Both the position numbers and the translations under genes were made by a program. DNA of 64,000 nt from Candidatus Bathyarchaeota archaeon (lineage in GTDB: Archaea > Thermoproteota > Bathyarchaeia > Bathyarchaeales > Bathycorpusculaceae), in assembly GCA_963775895.1 (NCBI GenBank), contig CAVZKL010000017.1, forward strand, positions 171,497 to 235,496, written 5' to 3'. This document shows positions 54,649 to 64,000 of the stretch, piece by piece (positions within the stretch are counted from its first letter, which is position 1; each line of letters starts with the position of its first letter). The notes beneath the pieces are model-generated. The model saw only the letters and a list, made by a program, of their open reading frames with translations, had not been told where the DNA came from and did no database searches.

Positions 54649-54761
54649 CTCGCTCCTCATGAAAGGCAAATAGAACGGAAAAACATCTGCTATCGAGGAA
54701 AAGCAGCAGTTCTTAAGTATAAGAAGATTCGAAATTAACTATCGTTCCCGAGGCTAAAACG

Positions 54762-55199
54762 TTGAAAAGGGATGAGATAGAAGACATTCTAACGAAGTAT
54801 AGGACAGTCGCGGTTGTAGGAATGTCCCGTGACCCATCAAAGGATAGTCACAGGGTTCCTGAATACCTGAAGAACCAAGGGTACAAGATAATACCGGTTA
54901 ACCCAACTGCGAAAGAGATTTTGGGGCTAAAATGCTACAGGAGCTTGCTTGAAATTCCTCCTGAAGTCCAGAGAACCATAGAAATCGTGGACATCTTCAG
55001 ACCTTCCGAGGACGTGCCTCCGATAGTCGAGCAAGCCGTGAGGCTCAAGGAGCTTTACGACAAACCGTACGTCATCTGGATGCAGCTGGGAATCATAAAC
55101 GCGCAGGCTGCTTTGATAGCCAAAGATGCAGGATTGTTAGTGGTTATGAACAGGTGCATGATGCAGGAGCACAAGAAACTCTTCCCGAACGGTGAATAA
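54762..55199 (+). CDS. CoA-binding protein (YccU family)
   Basis: AVVG.S, GY.IIPVNP, VDIFRPS, WMQLG, MNRC. Confidence 0.9.
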   Translation: MKRDEIEDILTKYRTVAVVGMSRDPSKDSHRVPEYLKNQGYKIIPVNPTAKEILGLKCYRSLLEIPPEVQRTIEIVDIFRPSEDVPPIVEQAVRLKELYDKPYVIWMQLGIINAQAALIAKDAGLLVVMNRCMMQEHKKLFPNGE

Positions 55200-55211
55200 T
55201 GCAACTGTCCT

Positions 55212-56840
55212 TCAGCTGAAATCTGGCTTGTCCTTGCCTTGCTTCTTTTCCAAACAGCTCCTTATGAAACCGTAATACTCAGGGTCAGGTCTTCCAGGAC
55301 GACTCTTAAACTCGCCGTGGAACTGCGAAGCGAAAAAGAAAAAGTTGCACGGCAGTTCCAGAAGCTCCATTCGTCTGCTGTCAGTGCTCTTGCCTGAAAA
55401 AACAAGTCCATTCTTTCTGAGCTTTTCAGAGAAATCGAGGTTGACCTCGAACCTATGCCGATGACGCTCGTAGATTTCGTCACACTTGTAAAGGGCATAG
55501 CCCATGGTGTCTTTCTCGACGAGAATCTTGTGAGCGCCAAGTCTCATCGTCGCACCCTTCATCTCTATTCCCCGCTGTTCAGGCATCAGGTCGATCACTG
55601 GATAAGGCGTGTCAGGGTTGATCTCAGTGCTGTTGGCGTCCTTCAACCCGCAGACGTGACGGGCAAACTCTACGACAGAAAGCTGGAAACCATAACAAAT
55701 CCCGAGAAACGGCACGTTGTTTTCCCTCGCAAACTGAATACTAGCTATTTTCCCCTCCGTGCCTCTCGGACCAAAACCATAAGGAACAAAGATCCCATCA
55801 AACCCTTTTAAAATCTGAACCGATTCGGTATTCTGCTCTAGTTTTTCAGCCTCAATGTAGTTAATGCACACCTTGGCTTTGCAGGCTGCTCCTGCATGCT
55901 TCAAGGCCTCGTTCATGCTTACATAACTGTCAGTGAGTCCCGCATATTTGCCAACTAACGCGATTTTGACTTCGTGCTCGGGCTTCAGAACAGCATCCAC
56001 GAATTTTCTCCAGTTCTTGAAGTCCTTTTGGCGTTCGGAGAAACCAAGGCGCTTACAGACGAAATCGCTCATTCCCTGCTCGTCCAGAATCAGTGGAACT
56101 TGATAAACTGACTCCACGTTGTACGAGCAGAAAACCGCGTCTTCGGGTATCGTGCCGAATAAAGCGATTTTTCTTAACGCCTCGGCATCAATCATCTCTG
56201 GGCTTCTCGCGACAATCGTGTCCGGCTGGATACCAATACGGCGGAGCTCGTTCACGCTGTGCTGAAGAGGCTTGGTTTTCATCTCGTTTGTCACGTCAAG
56301 TATCGGAACGAGAGCAACATGGACGTACAGAGTGTTTTCGTATCCTTCCTCCAACCGCATTTGTCTGATGGCTTCAAGAAAGGGCAACCCTTCTATGTCG
56401 CCGACGGTTCCTCCGACCTCGGTCAGAACCACGTCAACGCCTGACTCCTTTGCAACGCTGCGTATACGATGCTTAATCTCATTCGTCACGTGAGGAATGA
56501 TCTGCACGCATCTGCCAAGAAAATCGCCCCGTCTCTCCTTCTCAATCACAGACTTGTAGATCAGTCCTGTTGTAACGTTGTTGTCCTTTCTCAGGTCCAA
56601 ATCCAGAAAACGCTCGTACCATCCGAGATCGAGGTCCGTTTCGCCGCCATCATCAGTCACATAGACCTCGCCATGCATGTACGGGTTCATCGTGCCCGCG
56701 TCAACGTTCACATAAGGGTCTATCTTGATGACTGTGACCTTCACTCCCCTTGCCTGAAGCATTTTCCCTATAGAAGAAGTCAGAATTCCCTTGCCGACCG
56801 AACTTAGCACACCGCCTGTAACGAAAATGAATTTTGCCAT
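55212..56840 (-). CDS. pyrG: CTP synthase
   Basis: [46 protein letters not shown]. Confidence 0.97.
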   Translation of the reverse strand: MAKFIFVTGGVLSSVGKGILTSSIGKMLQARGVKVTVIKIDPYVNVDAGTMNPYMHGEVYVTDDGGETDLDLGWYERFLDLDLRKDNNVTTGLIYKSVIEKERRGDFLGRCVQIIPHVTNEIKHRIRSVAKESGVDVVLTEVGGTVGDIEGLPFLEAIRQMRLEEGYENTLYVHVALVPILDVTNEMKTKPLQHSVNELRRIGIQPDTIVARSPEMIDAEALRKIALFGTIPEDAVFCSYNVESVYQVPLILDEQGMSDFVCKRLGFSERQKDFKNWRKFVDAVLKPEHEVKIALVGKYAGLTDSYVSMNEALKHAGAACKAKVCINYIEAEKLEQNTESVQILKGFDGIFVPYGFGPRGTEGKIASIQFARENNVPFLGICYGFQLSVVEFARHVCGLKDANSTEINPDTPYPVIDLMPEQRGIEMKGATMRLGAHKILVEKDTMGYALYKCDEIYERHRHRFEVNLDFSEKLRKNGLVFSGKSTDSRRMELLELPCNFFFFASQFHGEFKSRPGRPDPEYYGFIRSCLEKKQGKDKPDFS

Positions 56841-57026
56841 CCACTTCCCCCAGTAATGACAGAACCATAAGTCAGAGGTTAGGATTTAAATTCTTTTATC
56901 AAAAACTTCTCACGCAATGACGTTCAAGGGCGACTATGGATTTGACGAAGCAGTGTTACTCAGAACTGCTTTCAATGGGCACGCTTAAAAGACAATTGCG
57001 GCAAGATATTTCGTGAAGCGGTCACG

Positions 57027-58452
57027 ATGAAAATCCTGTTTATTGAACCTCCAAAAGACATGTTTTTTGTCATGGGTGAATATCTGCCACCTCCGCTTGG
57101 AATCATTCAACTAGCTGCCTACCTAGAAAAGAACGTCAATGGCGTCGATATTGCAAATTCTAGATTGCAATGCGGAAGAAGTGGACTGGAAGGAAATGGA
57201 AAAGCGAATCGAGTCCGCCAAGCCTGACATGGTTGCTTCGAGTTCGCTTGCGACGTGCAACACTTATAGCGTGGTTAGGACTCTCGAAACCGCAAAGAAA
57301 GTGGATCCAGACATAATGACTGTAACGGGCGGTCAGCATTTTACTGCGACAGCTCAACAGAGTCTGCTAGAATATCCCGTAATCGATGTAATCGTGCGCG
57401 GAGAGGGCGAAAAGACTCTAGCGGAACTCGCAAAGAACGGGAAACAGACAGCGGCACTACCACAAGTCAAGGGTATATCCTTCAGAAAGAATGACCTAGT
57501 CACGCACAATCCTCCAAGGCCCCTGATTGAAAGTCTGGACGAATTACCCTTCCCCGGGTATCACCTGGTCAAGAACACAGTTGACAAGTATCATTTTTCA
57601 GTGATGGCAGGAAGAAACGCACGCTACGCCTTGATCGAAGGTTCCCGAGGTTGCCCTCATGAATGCACTTTTTGCACTCAGTGGCGTCATTGGCAAGGAT
57701 CGTGGAGGCTGAAATCTCCCAAACGCGTTGCCAGCGAGATGGAGTACTGCCACAGGAACTTTGACAGCGGTTTCGTTTGGCTTACGGACGACAACTTCGG
57801 TGCAGGCACGCGTGCAAACGACATCGCCGAAGAAATCATCAAAACTGGAATACAAGAAGACATAAGTTGGTTTGTCCAAGCGAGATGCGATGACATAGTC
57901 AGAAACAAGGAAGCACTGCCGAAATTGAGAAAATCCGGACTCCAGTGGGTGCTTCTGGGCGTTGAAAACTCCGAAGCGCAGACGCTGGAAACTTACAACA
58001 AAGCAATGGGGCCGAGCGACGCAAAAGCAGCGGTCGATCTCTTGAAGGAGAATGACATTTTTGCGCAAGCGATGCTGATAATTGGCCAAAGGAAAGACAC
58101 GATCCAGTCGACAGAAAAACAAAGGAATTTCGCAGAAAGTCTTAACCCAGATCTTGCGTTCTTCAGTGTTCTTACCCCTTTTCCAGGCACTGAAATCTAT
58201 GAAGAGGCCAAAAGGAACGGGTGGATTGAGGATTTCAATTGGTCACACTATGACATGGCTCATGCAATAATGCCTACAGAAACGCTGTCGAGGTTCGAAG
58301 TGCAAGAGCAATTGTACGAATGTTACCGAAGCTTCTATGGCCCACTAGGCAAGAAGCTAAGCGGGCTCTTTTCAAAGAACGAGTTAAAGAGAAGAGTGTC
58401 GAGGCACATGGCCCGCAGAGGATTATTGCGACAGTTCAAACACCTGTTTTAG
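57027..58452 (+). CDS. B12-binding radical SAM protein (frameshift ~57150)
   Basis: PPLG...LAAYL, GG.H.T, GEGE.T, SRGCPHECTFC, DDNF, GVE, TPFPGT. Confidence 0.88.
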
Positions 58453-58462
58453 GCGTAGGTGA

Positions 58463-59191
58463 ATGAAGACAAAAACCAAGCAGGGTCAGGCTTTCGAATT
58501 CGTGATCGCTGCTTCCCTGATTTCTTCGGTAATCACGATACTGATTGCTATTTATCCTCCAAACGCCGCAGCGGACGTGTATTTGCAGAGACAGTTGATC
58601 GGCACAGTTTTTGCAGCCATTTGTGTCTGCGGAGGCATCGCAGCGGTTCATCCACAGAAATGTGTCGCCACATCTGAAGCCCATCCATCTCAACACCTGG
58701 CGGAAATCCGATCTCAGAAACGGACTTGAGCTTTCTATAAGGGGACATCATCCAGATTGTGGTGAATTCTCGGCACACACGTTGCATTTCGGCGACGCTA
58801 CCTATTGCGCGGCGTGTTCAGGTTTGTTTGCAGGCGCCGTCATTGCATTAGTGGCGACTGCTTTTGTTTTTCTTTCTAGGCATGAGCGTTGAAGAGTTGA
58901 GCCTTCCAGCTAGTAATAGTCGGACAAGCAGGAGTGATGATTGGTCTTATTGAGTTCGAATTCAATGGTTGGCTTCGATCGTTGGCAAATGTCTTTTTCG
59001 TTCTGGGCGGTTGCCTGACTCTGATTGGAATAGATCAGGGTGTGCACAGCTTGTTCATTGATCTTTACGTGGTTGGCGCTCTGTTGTTGTGGATATTCGC
59101 GAGGATTGTTCTCTCTCAGTGGGATCATTCGAGAACATGTGCGCGCTGCGATTTCTCTTGCAGAATAGATGGAAAAGGGCAAGTAGTTTAG
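58463..59191 (+). CDS. Multi-pass membrane protein with Cys/His motifs (two frameshifts)
   Basis: ORFs 58463, 58611 and 58934 chain together; GHHPDC...H...CAAC and terminal H..CARC. Confidence 0.55.
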
Positions 59192-59517
59192 CGTCGTCGA
59201 CTCATTCGGTAGAGGGCCCCAGCAACTATCAGTACGCCGAGTACGATAATAACGAAGGGCCAGATGCTGACGTTTGAAGAGATGAGCTTAGCCTGTTGGA
59301 GTAGTCCGATTATGCCTGAAAGCAGCATAATCGCACCTATCGCAATGAAAACTATTGTCCCGCCTCTCGGCAAACCGAAGCACTCGTTCTCCATTCGTCT
59401 GTAAGGCTCGTACGTTTCGCTTCGTCCCTCGCCAACCGCGTATAACGGAGCGCCACACTGTGAACAAACCTTGGCGTCGTCGGGGTTCTTCGTGCCACAC
59501 TTCGTGCAATAAACCAT
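59188..59517 (-). CDS. Zinc-ribbon domain membrane protein
   Basis: YCTKCG.KN..DA..C.QCG plus 2 TM. Confidence 0.8.
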   Translation of the reverse strand: MVYCTKCGTKNPDDAKVCSQCGAPLYAVGEGRSETYEPYRRMENECFGLPRGGTIVFIAIGAIMLLSGIIGLLQQAKLISSNVSIWPFVIIVLGVLIVAGALYRMSRRR

Positions 59518-59556
59518 GTCTTAATCTCCGCTCCATTCTTTCGTGGGTGATTTGTA

Positions 59557-60033
59557 TTAAGACTTTTGGTGAGATGGAAGACCCTCAGCCTGGATCAGTA
59601 TGTTACGTACCTGTTCGGGTTGAAGTTTCAAGCCGTGGAAAAACCTTCCACGAAGTCTCGATTTCGCCAAGACCGTTTCTTTGATCAGTAACGGTTTCTC
59701 GAAACGTACAACGTACTGGAACTCTATGGCCCTTTTCCAGCCGCCCCGTTCACACTCGGCCCTCTCTTCCTCAGATAGGAAACGTTTTTGCCGAGCCTGT
59801 GCAATGGCGCCGTAGCCGACAAACGCGTCCCCGACAGGAGTTTTGTGAACGAACAAAACAGTTTCTCCCCTGGACCATCTTCTGTTCAAATTGGAATAAT
59901 AAATGGCCATTTCAAACACGCGTTCTACCCACCGTTCGTCCCCGATTCGCAGAATGTAACCGCCGCGTTCAGACATTTGCCTTTCAACATTAGATACGTG
60001 CTCAACACGATATATTGGTTTGGTCCATAGCAT
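59557..60033 (-). CDS. EVE/PUA-like domain protein
   Basis: W, G..VLF....D.FVG.G.I, F...RF.KP pattern resembles EVE-like folds; start may be the internal ATG. Confidence 0.5.
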   Translation of the reverse strand: MLWTKPIYRVEHVSNVERQMSERGGYILRIGDERWVERVFEMAIYYSNLNRRWSRGETVLFVHKTPVGDAFVGYGAIAQARQKRFLSEEERAECERGGWKRAIEFQYVVRFEKPLLIKETVLAKSRLRGRFFHGLKLQPEQVRNILIQAEGLPSHQKS

Positions 60034-60072
60034 GTTGCCCGCTCAGCAAAAAGCCCAAGAACCCACGGCGTG

Positions 60073-60153
60073 CGTGCATATTTGGATCCTAATATTCATG
60101 ATACATTGAAACGAGGAGGGGAGGTACACAATGGCTGAAAAAACAGCGAATAA
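60073..60153 (-). repeat. Dispersed ~81-bp intergenic element, copy 2
   Basis: CGTGCATATTTGGATCCTAATATTCATGATACATTGAAACGAGGAGGGGAGGTACACAATGGCTGAAAAAACAGCGAATAA equals the reverse complement of 11001..11082 apart from one indel. Confidence 0.95.
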
Positions 60154-60213
60154 TCTCCCCGCGAGCCACGCAACAAGAGACCGTTTGAAAACCGAAGCCT
60201 CAACGAGTCCAAA

Positions 60214-61266
60214 TCATGGAATTATTGCAATCTTTATCTCATTCTTTGATGTTGAAAGGATGTTGAAGGCTTCTTTCAGCTCTTCAAGCTTCATCTTCCG
60301 CGTTATCAACGGTCTCACATCGATGGTTCTCGAGGCAATAAGATTAAGGGCTTTTCTGAAATGAAGAGGCGTCGTGTGGAAGGCGCCAACGACCTTCATT
60401 TCTCCGTAATGAAGCCGTTCTGCATTGAGCTTGATTTCTGTTCCCGGCGGACAGCCTCCGAATTCAAGGACTGTGCCGCCCTTTCTAACAAGCTCAAGCG
60501 CCTGTTCCCAAGTAGCTTGTAAGCCTATCGCTTCAATCGCTACGTCGACGCCATAGCCGGAGGTGTACTTTTGAACTTTTTCAGCTGCGTTCTCTCTTCT
60601 ACTGTTTATCGTTTCGTCCGCGCCCATCTTCTTCGCGAATTCCAGTCTCTCGTCTACAACATCGATCACAATCGCCTTCTCAACGCCCATCTTCTTGGTC
60701 GTTAGCAGATGAAGCAGTCCTATTGGCCCTGCTCCGATGATCGCCACGGTGTCGCCCATCTTCACTCCTGCTTCCTCAACGCCGTGCAGAACGCAGGCGA
60801 GTGGTTCGGTGACCGAGGCTTCTTCGTAAGAAACGTGTGGGGGGATCTCCTGCATGTTCACCAAAACTGTGCGCGCGGGCACTTTGATGTACTCTGCGTA
60901 CGCTCCCCACAGCCAGATCATGTTCTCGCACAGGTTGTACTTGCCCTTCTGGCACATCGTGCAGTGTAAGCAGGGTGCGCTGTTGCCGGCGCGAACCCTC
61001 ATTCCTCTTTGGGGCCAATCAAGGTTTTTTCCGACCTCGACAACTTCGCCGGCCCATTCGTGCCCAAATATCGTTGGGAGTTTTATCACCTTTTCAACGT
61101 AGCCTCTCTGATAGATCTTCAGATCGGTGCCACACGTCGTGGCAGCCTTGATCTTCACAAGCACCTCGCCCTGGCCAATCTCGGGGACCTCGGTTTGTTC
61201 AATCCTGAGATCTTTCACGCCGTAGAGCATCGCGGCACTCATTTTTTGATTCGCCAAATTCTTCAC
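60214..61266 (-). CDS. Zn-dependent MDR alcohol/polyol dehydrogenase
   Basis: CGTD, GHEW.G, C..C..C....C, EPLAC, GAGPIG. Confidence 0.9.
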   Translation of the reverse strand: MKNLANQKMSAAMLYGVKDLRIEQTEVPEIGQGEVLVKIKAATTCGTDLKIYQRGYVEKVIKLPTIFGHEWAGEVVEVGKNLDWPQRGMRVRAGNSAPCLHCTMCQKGKYNLCENMIWLWGAYAEYIKVPARTVLVNMQEIPPHVSYEEASVTEPLACVLHGVEEAGVKMGDTVAIIGAGPIGLLHLLTTKKMGVEKAIVIDVVDERLEFAKKMGADETINSRRENAAEKVQKYTSGYGVDVAIEAIGLQATWEQALELVRKGGTVLEFGGCPPGTEIKLNAERLHYGEMKVVGAFHTTPLHFRKALNLIASRTIDVRPLITRKMKLEELKEAFNILSTSKNEIKIAIIP

Positions 61267-61287
61267 CTTTCAAGATCATGATTCAAT

Positions 61288-61725
61288 CTACATTAGCTCA
61301 GAGAACTGTCCTAACTTTCTCAGGGCCTCGCGCTCGTTGTGCCAAAAAAGAAGCCCCTTGGCATTCTCAGGTGTTGCCCAAACGTAGTCTGAGAGTTCTG
61401 ACTCTTGGAGCTTCACAGGCTCCGTTGAATCCGCACGCACCAAGAAACTGGAAACCCTGTGGCACATTCCTCTGAAGATGAACTCGTAATTGTGGACCTG
61501 ATCCAGAATCTTGATGTTCTTCAAGCCCGTTTCCTCAAAAATCTCGCGCTCAAGAGCTTCAATCTTTGTTTCCCCCTGGTCTATTCCGCCCTTGAGGAGT
61601 CTCCAGTGGAAACGCCTCACCCGCCTATCCCGTTTCCGCACGAGCAACACAAGTTTGCCTTTGTTCTGATCGAATATGACTCCCTGCACTTCGTTTCGAA
61701 CGTTCATTGAGCACATCCCCGTCAA
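61288..61725 (-). CDS. NUDIX hydrolase
   Basis: Nudix box GGIDQGETKIEALEREIFEETG. Confidence 0.88.
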   Translation of the reverse strand: MTGMCSMNVRNEVQGVIFDQNKGKLVLLVRKRDRRVRRFHWRLLKGGIDQGETKIEALEREIFEETGLKNIKILDQVHNYEFIFRGMCHRVSSFLVRADSTEPVKLQESELSDYVWATPENAKGLLFWHNEREALRKLGQFSELM

Positions 61726-62795
61726 TCGTTGAGGATCATCACTTTCAGGCTTTCTGCGCTGTGCAAAGCGGTTTGGAAGGCTTCCGCCGCAGCTTCGAGC
61801 CTGAACCTCTGAGTTATCAGTTGCTTCACCTTAAGCTTTCCTGACTCTATCAGGCGCAACGCTGCCCTGGTTTCTAGGTGTGAAGTCGAGTAGGAAGGTA
61901 TGATCTGAAGCTCAGTGAAAAACAGCTCCTTGGGACTGACCTGCAAATACTTGCTTGGATTGGTTGGTGCGAACACGCACAGTTTCCCGCCCTTTCTGCA
62001 GACGTTTATTCCTGCCTTGTAGGCTTCCAAGTTCGGCGCTGTTATGACAGCGATGTCAACGCCAGTTCCATCAGTTGCAGCTTTCACGATCTGCGTCAAA
62101 TCTTCAGTCTGGGGGTTAACTGTTATGTCAGCGCCGAACTTCTTAGCGAAACCCAAGCGAAAGTCGATGAGATCGCTCACTATCGTTACCGAGGATCCGT
62201 AGATCTTCGAAAGAGCCGTGTGAATGAGACCTGTCGAGCCTGCACCTATTATCGCTACCGAATTCCCCTGCGTGAGCCTGCACTTGTTCAACGCTCTGAT
62301 GCAGCAACCCACGGGTTCGATGAAAGTGGCTTCCTCAAAAGGCAGTTTATCGGGTATTCTAAGCGTGTCCAATCGGAGGTTTGGGCTGGGAACCTTGAAA
62401 TATTCCGCAAAGCCGCCGGGTTTGATGTTAGTTTTGTGAAATGTTTCGCACAGCGTATAATCGCCGTTCATGCAATAGTGGCACGTCATGCAGGCTACGT
62501 GATGATGCACGAAGACTCTGTTTCCCACGTCGAAGGCCTCGACCTTTTTTCCTGTTTTGACGATCACTCCTGCGGGCTCGTGTCCGAGAACGAGAGGAGC
62601 GCGAGTTTTGAGGTACCAGTCCATCAAGTCGGAACCGCAAATGCCACAGGCTTTCATTTCAACAAGAACCTCATCCTCTCCCAAATCTGGCACGGGAACC
62701 TGTTCGATGCGCACGTCTTCAGGAGCGTAATAGACCGCGGTCTTCATTTTTGGTTCAATGGTGTTACCTTTGCTGAAACACTTAAGATTTTCCAA
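61722..62795 (-). CDS. Zn-dependent MDR alcohol/polyol dehydrogenase
   Basis: GICGSD, GHEPAG, C..C..C....C, EPVGC, GAGSTG. Start likely at 62747. Confidence 0.9.
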   Translation of the reverse strand: MENLKCFSKGNTIEPKMKTAVYYAPEDVRIEQVPVPDLGEDEVLVEMKACGICGSDLMDWYLKTRAPLVLGHEPAGVIVKTGKKVEAFDVGNRVFVHHHVACMTCHYCMNGDYTLCETFHKTNIKPGGFAEYFKVPSPNLRLDTLRIPDKLPFEEATFIEPVGCCIRALNKCRLTQGNSVAIIGAGSTGLIHTALSKIYGSSVTIVSDLIDFRLGFAKKFGADITVNPQTEDLTQIVKAATDGTGVDIAVITAPNLEAYKAGINVCRKGGKLCVFAPTNPSKYLQVSPKELFFTELQIIPSYSTSHLETRAALRLIESGKLKVKQLITQRFRLEAAAEAFQTALHSAESLKVMILND

Positions 62796-62879
62796 AACAC
62801 TGAAAGTGAGACCGTTTCAGCTGAACGTTAAAGACTCACACTTTCCACGGAACTCGCAATGATAATCAGCGAAAGCGGT

Positions 62880-63991
62880 TTACTGCTTGAGGACAGACAG
62901 TTTCTCAATCTTCTCTTTGACGACCTTAAGGAACTGAGCCGCAGGCGCACCGTCGATGATGCGGTGATCGTAAGCAAGACTGAACATCATCACAGATCGG
63001 ACTTGAACTCTGCCGTCAATCGGGACTGCTCTCTGGACTGCACCTCCAACGGCGAGTATAGCGGCTTCAGGCGGGTTGATGATAGGTATGAAGAAGTCCA
63101 CTCCAAACATTCCGAGGTTGGTTACCGTAAATGTCCCGCCTGTGACGTCTTCTTTTGAGAGTTTCGCGTCGCGCGCCTTTTCCGTCAGCTCAGATATCCT
63201 TGTGTCTATCTCCTTCAATGTCTTTTTGTCCGCATCGTGCACGACTGGAACGACCAGTCCCTTGTCCGTGGCAACTGCAACGCCTATGTTCACGTCTTCG
63301 TAGATCTTCACGTAATCGCCTTCAAGCGTCGAATTTATCACTGGTACCTCTTTGAGCGACTCTGCGACAGCTTTCACGATCATGGAGGTATAGGAAACTT
63401 TCAGCTGCTCCCGGAGCTTCGCTGCTTCCGTAACATCCACTTCCATGACTATTGTGCTGTGCGGTGCGGTTCTGAAACTCATTGCAACCCGTTCTGCGGA
63501 GTCTTTCTGAAACCCGTGAGGGCAACTATTTCTTTGACTCTGGGCAACGTGGCTGACTGTGTCTCGATCAGCTTCTTGACGTCGTCCTCGTCGATCCTTC
63601 CTTCAGGTCCGCTTCCTTTCAAGGCCGATAGATCCACTCCGTGCTCTCGAGCCAAACGCTTCGCAGCCGGTGAAGCCAACGCTCGTTTTCCTTCGTCTGC
63701 AGCGGTTGTCGGAATCGCTTCGGGTTTGATGGATGCTTCTGGGAGCTGCTCATTTGCGTCTGCTATTATGGCTAGAACGGTTTGGACGGGTACGTCGACT
63801 CCTGCTTCGATCATTATCTTGCGCAGTACGCCTGAAGCTGGTGATTCAAGGTCGTAAGTTGCTTTTTCTGACACTACTTCGACGATTGGTTCGCCTTTTT
63901 GAACTGCATCGCCTTCTTTTTTGTACCATTTTCCGACGGTTCCTTCTTTCATTTCGAGGCTCAATCGGGGCATCAAAACGTCGGTTGCCAT
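62880..63991 (-). CDS. Dihydrolipoamide acyltransferase E2 (PdhC/AcoC type; frameshift ~63500)
   Basis: Lipoyl domain SEKA, E3-binding ASPAAKRLARE...GSGPEGRI, catalytic DHRIIDG. Confidence 0.92.
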
Positions 63992-64000
63992 CTAAACGAC

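Noticed and set aside
60098-60138. Repeat as a C/D box sRNA
   Set aside because: CTGA is present, but the C box (ATGATAC) and C'/D' boxes are poor.
11001-60153. Inverted copies as ends of a 49-kb invertible or mobile element
   Set aside because: The interval holds core genes (aIF-1A, aIF-2beta, pyrG, tRNA) and no recombinase or transposase.
660-63500. Programmed frameshifting or mass pseudogenisation
   Set aside because: The indels fall in unrelated genes with no common motif and no other decay; sequencing error is simpler.
1211-63857. Many long antisense/overlapping ORFs (e.g. 1211-2032, 47175-47888, 62220-62831)
   Set aside because: Shadows of well-supported genes on the opposite strand, with no recognisable motifs.

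Overview
Archaeal chromosomal segment, most consistent with Bathyarchaeia (TACK). The evidence is a crenarchaeal-type SSB, the aIF-1A/RIO1/KH/aIF-2beta cluster, LonB, a C25 peptidase with NosD/CARDB/dockerin modules, and an H4MPT-dependent Fae domain. It holds about 65 genes, mostly housekeeping or metabolic, plus tRNA-His(GTG). I see no CRISPR array, rRNA, integrase or transposase. More than 15 otherwise intact genes, some essential, are broken by 1-nt indels, which points to long-read sequencing error rather than mass pseudogenisation. Main highlights: (1) a DapA-family class I aldolase fused to an intact formaldehyde-activating enzyme (Fae); the aldolase lacks the DHDPS Arg138 and is divergent from a large uncharacterised gene, so it may be an undescribed formaldehyde-channelling C1 route analogous to Fae-Hps; (2) an ~82-bp non-coding element present twice, 49 kb apart, with three hairpins and an SD/anti-SD core, next to a G-U-containing RNA stem; (3) a ParB CTPase-ASCH fusion; (4) a catalase-PerR pair, a wHTH-VIT1-like fusion, orphan comDE-like genes and two adjacent DUF72 genes, one with a SWIM finger. 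All gene calls come from motif recognition by eye; no database searches were run.
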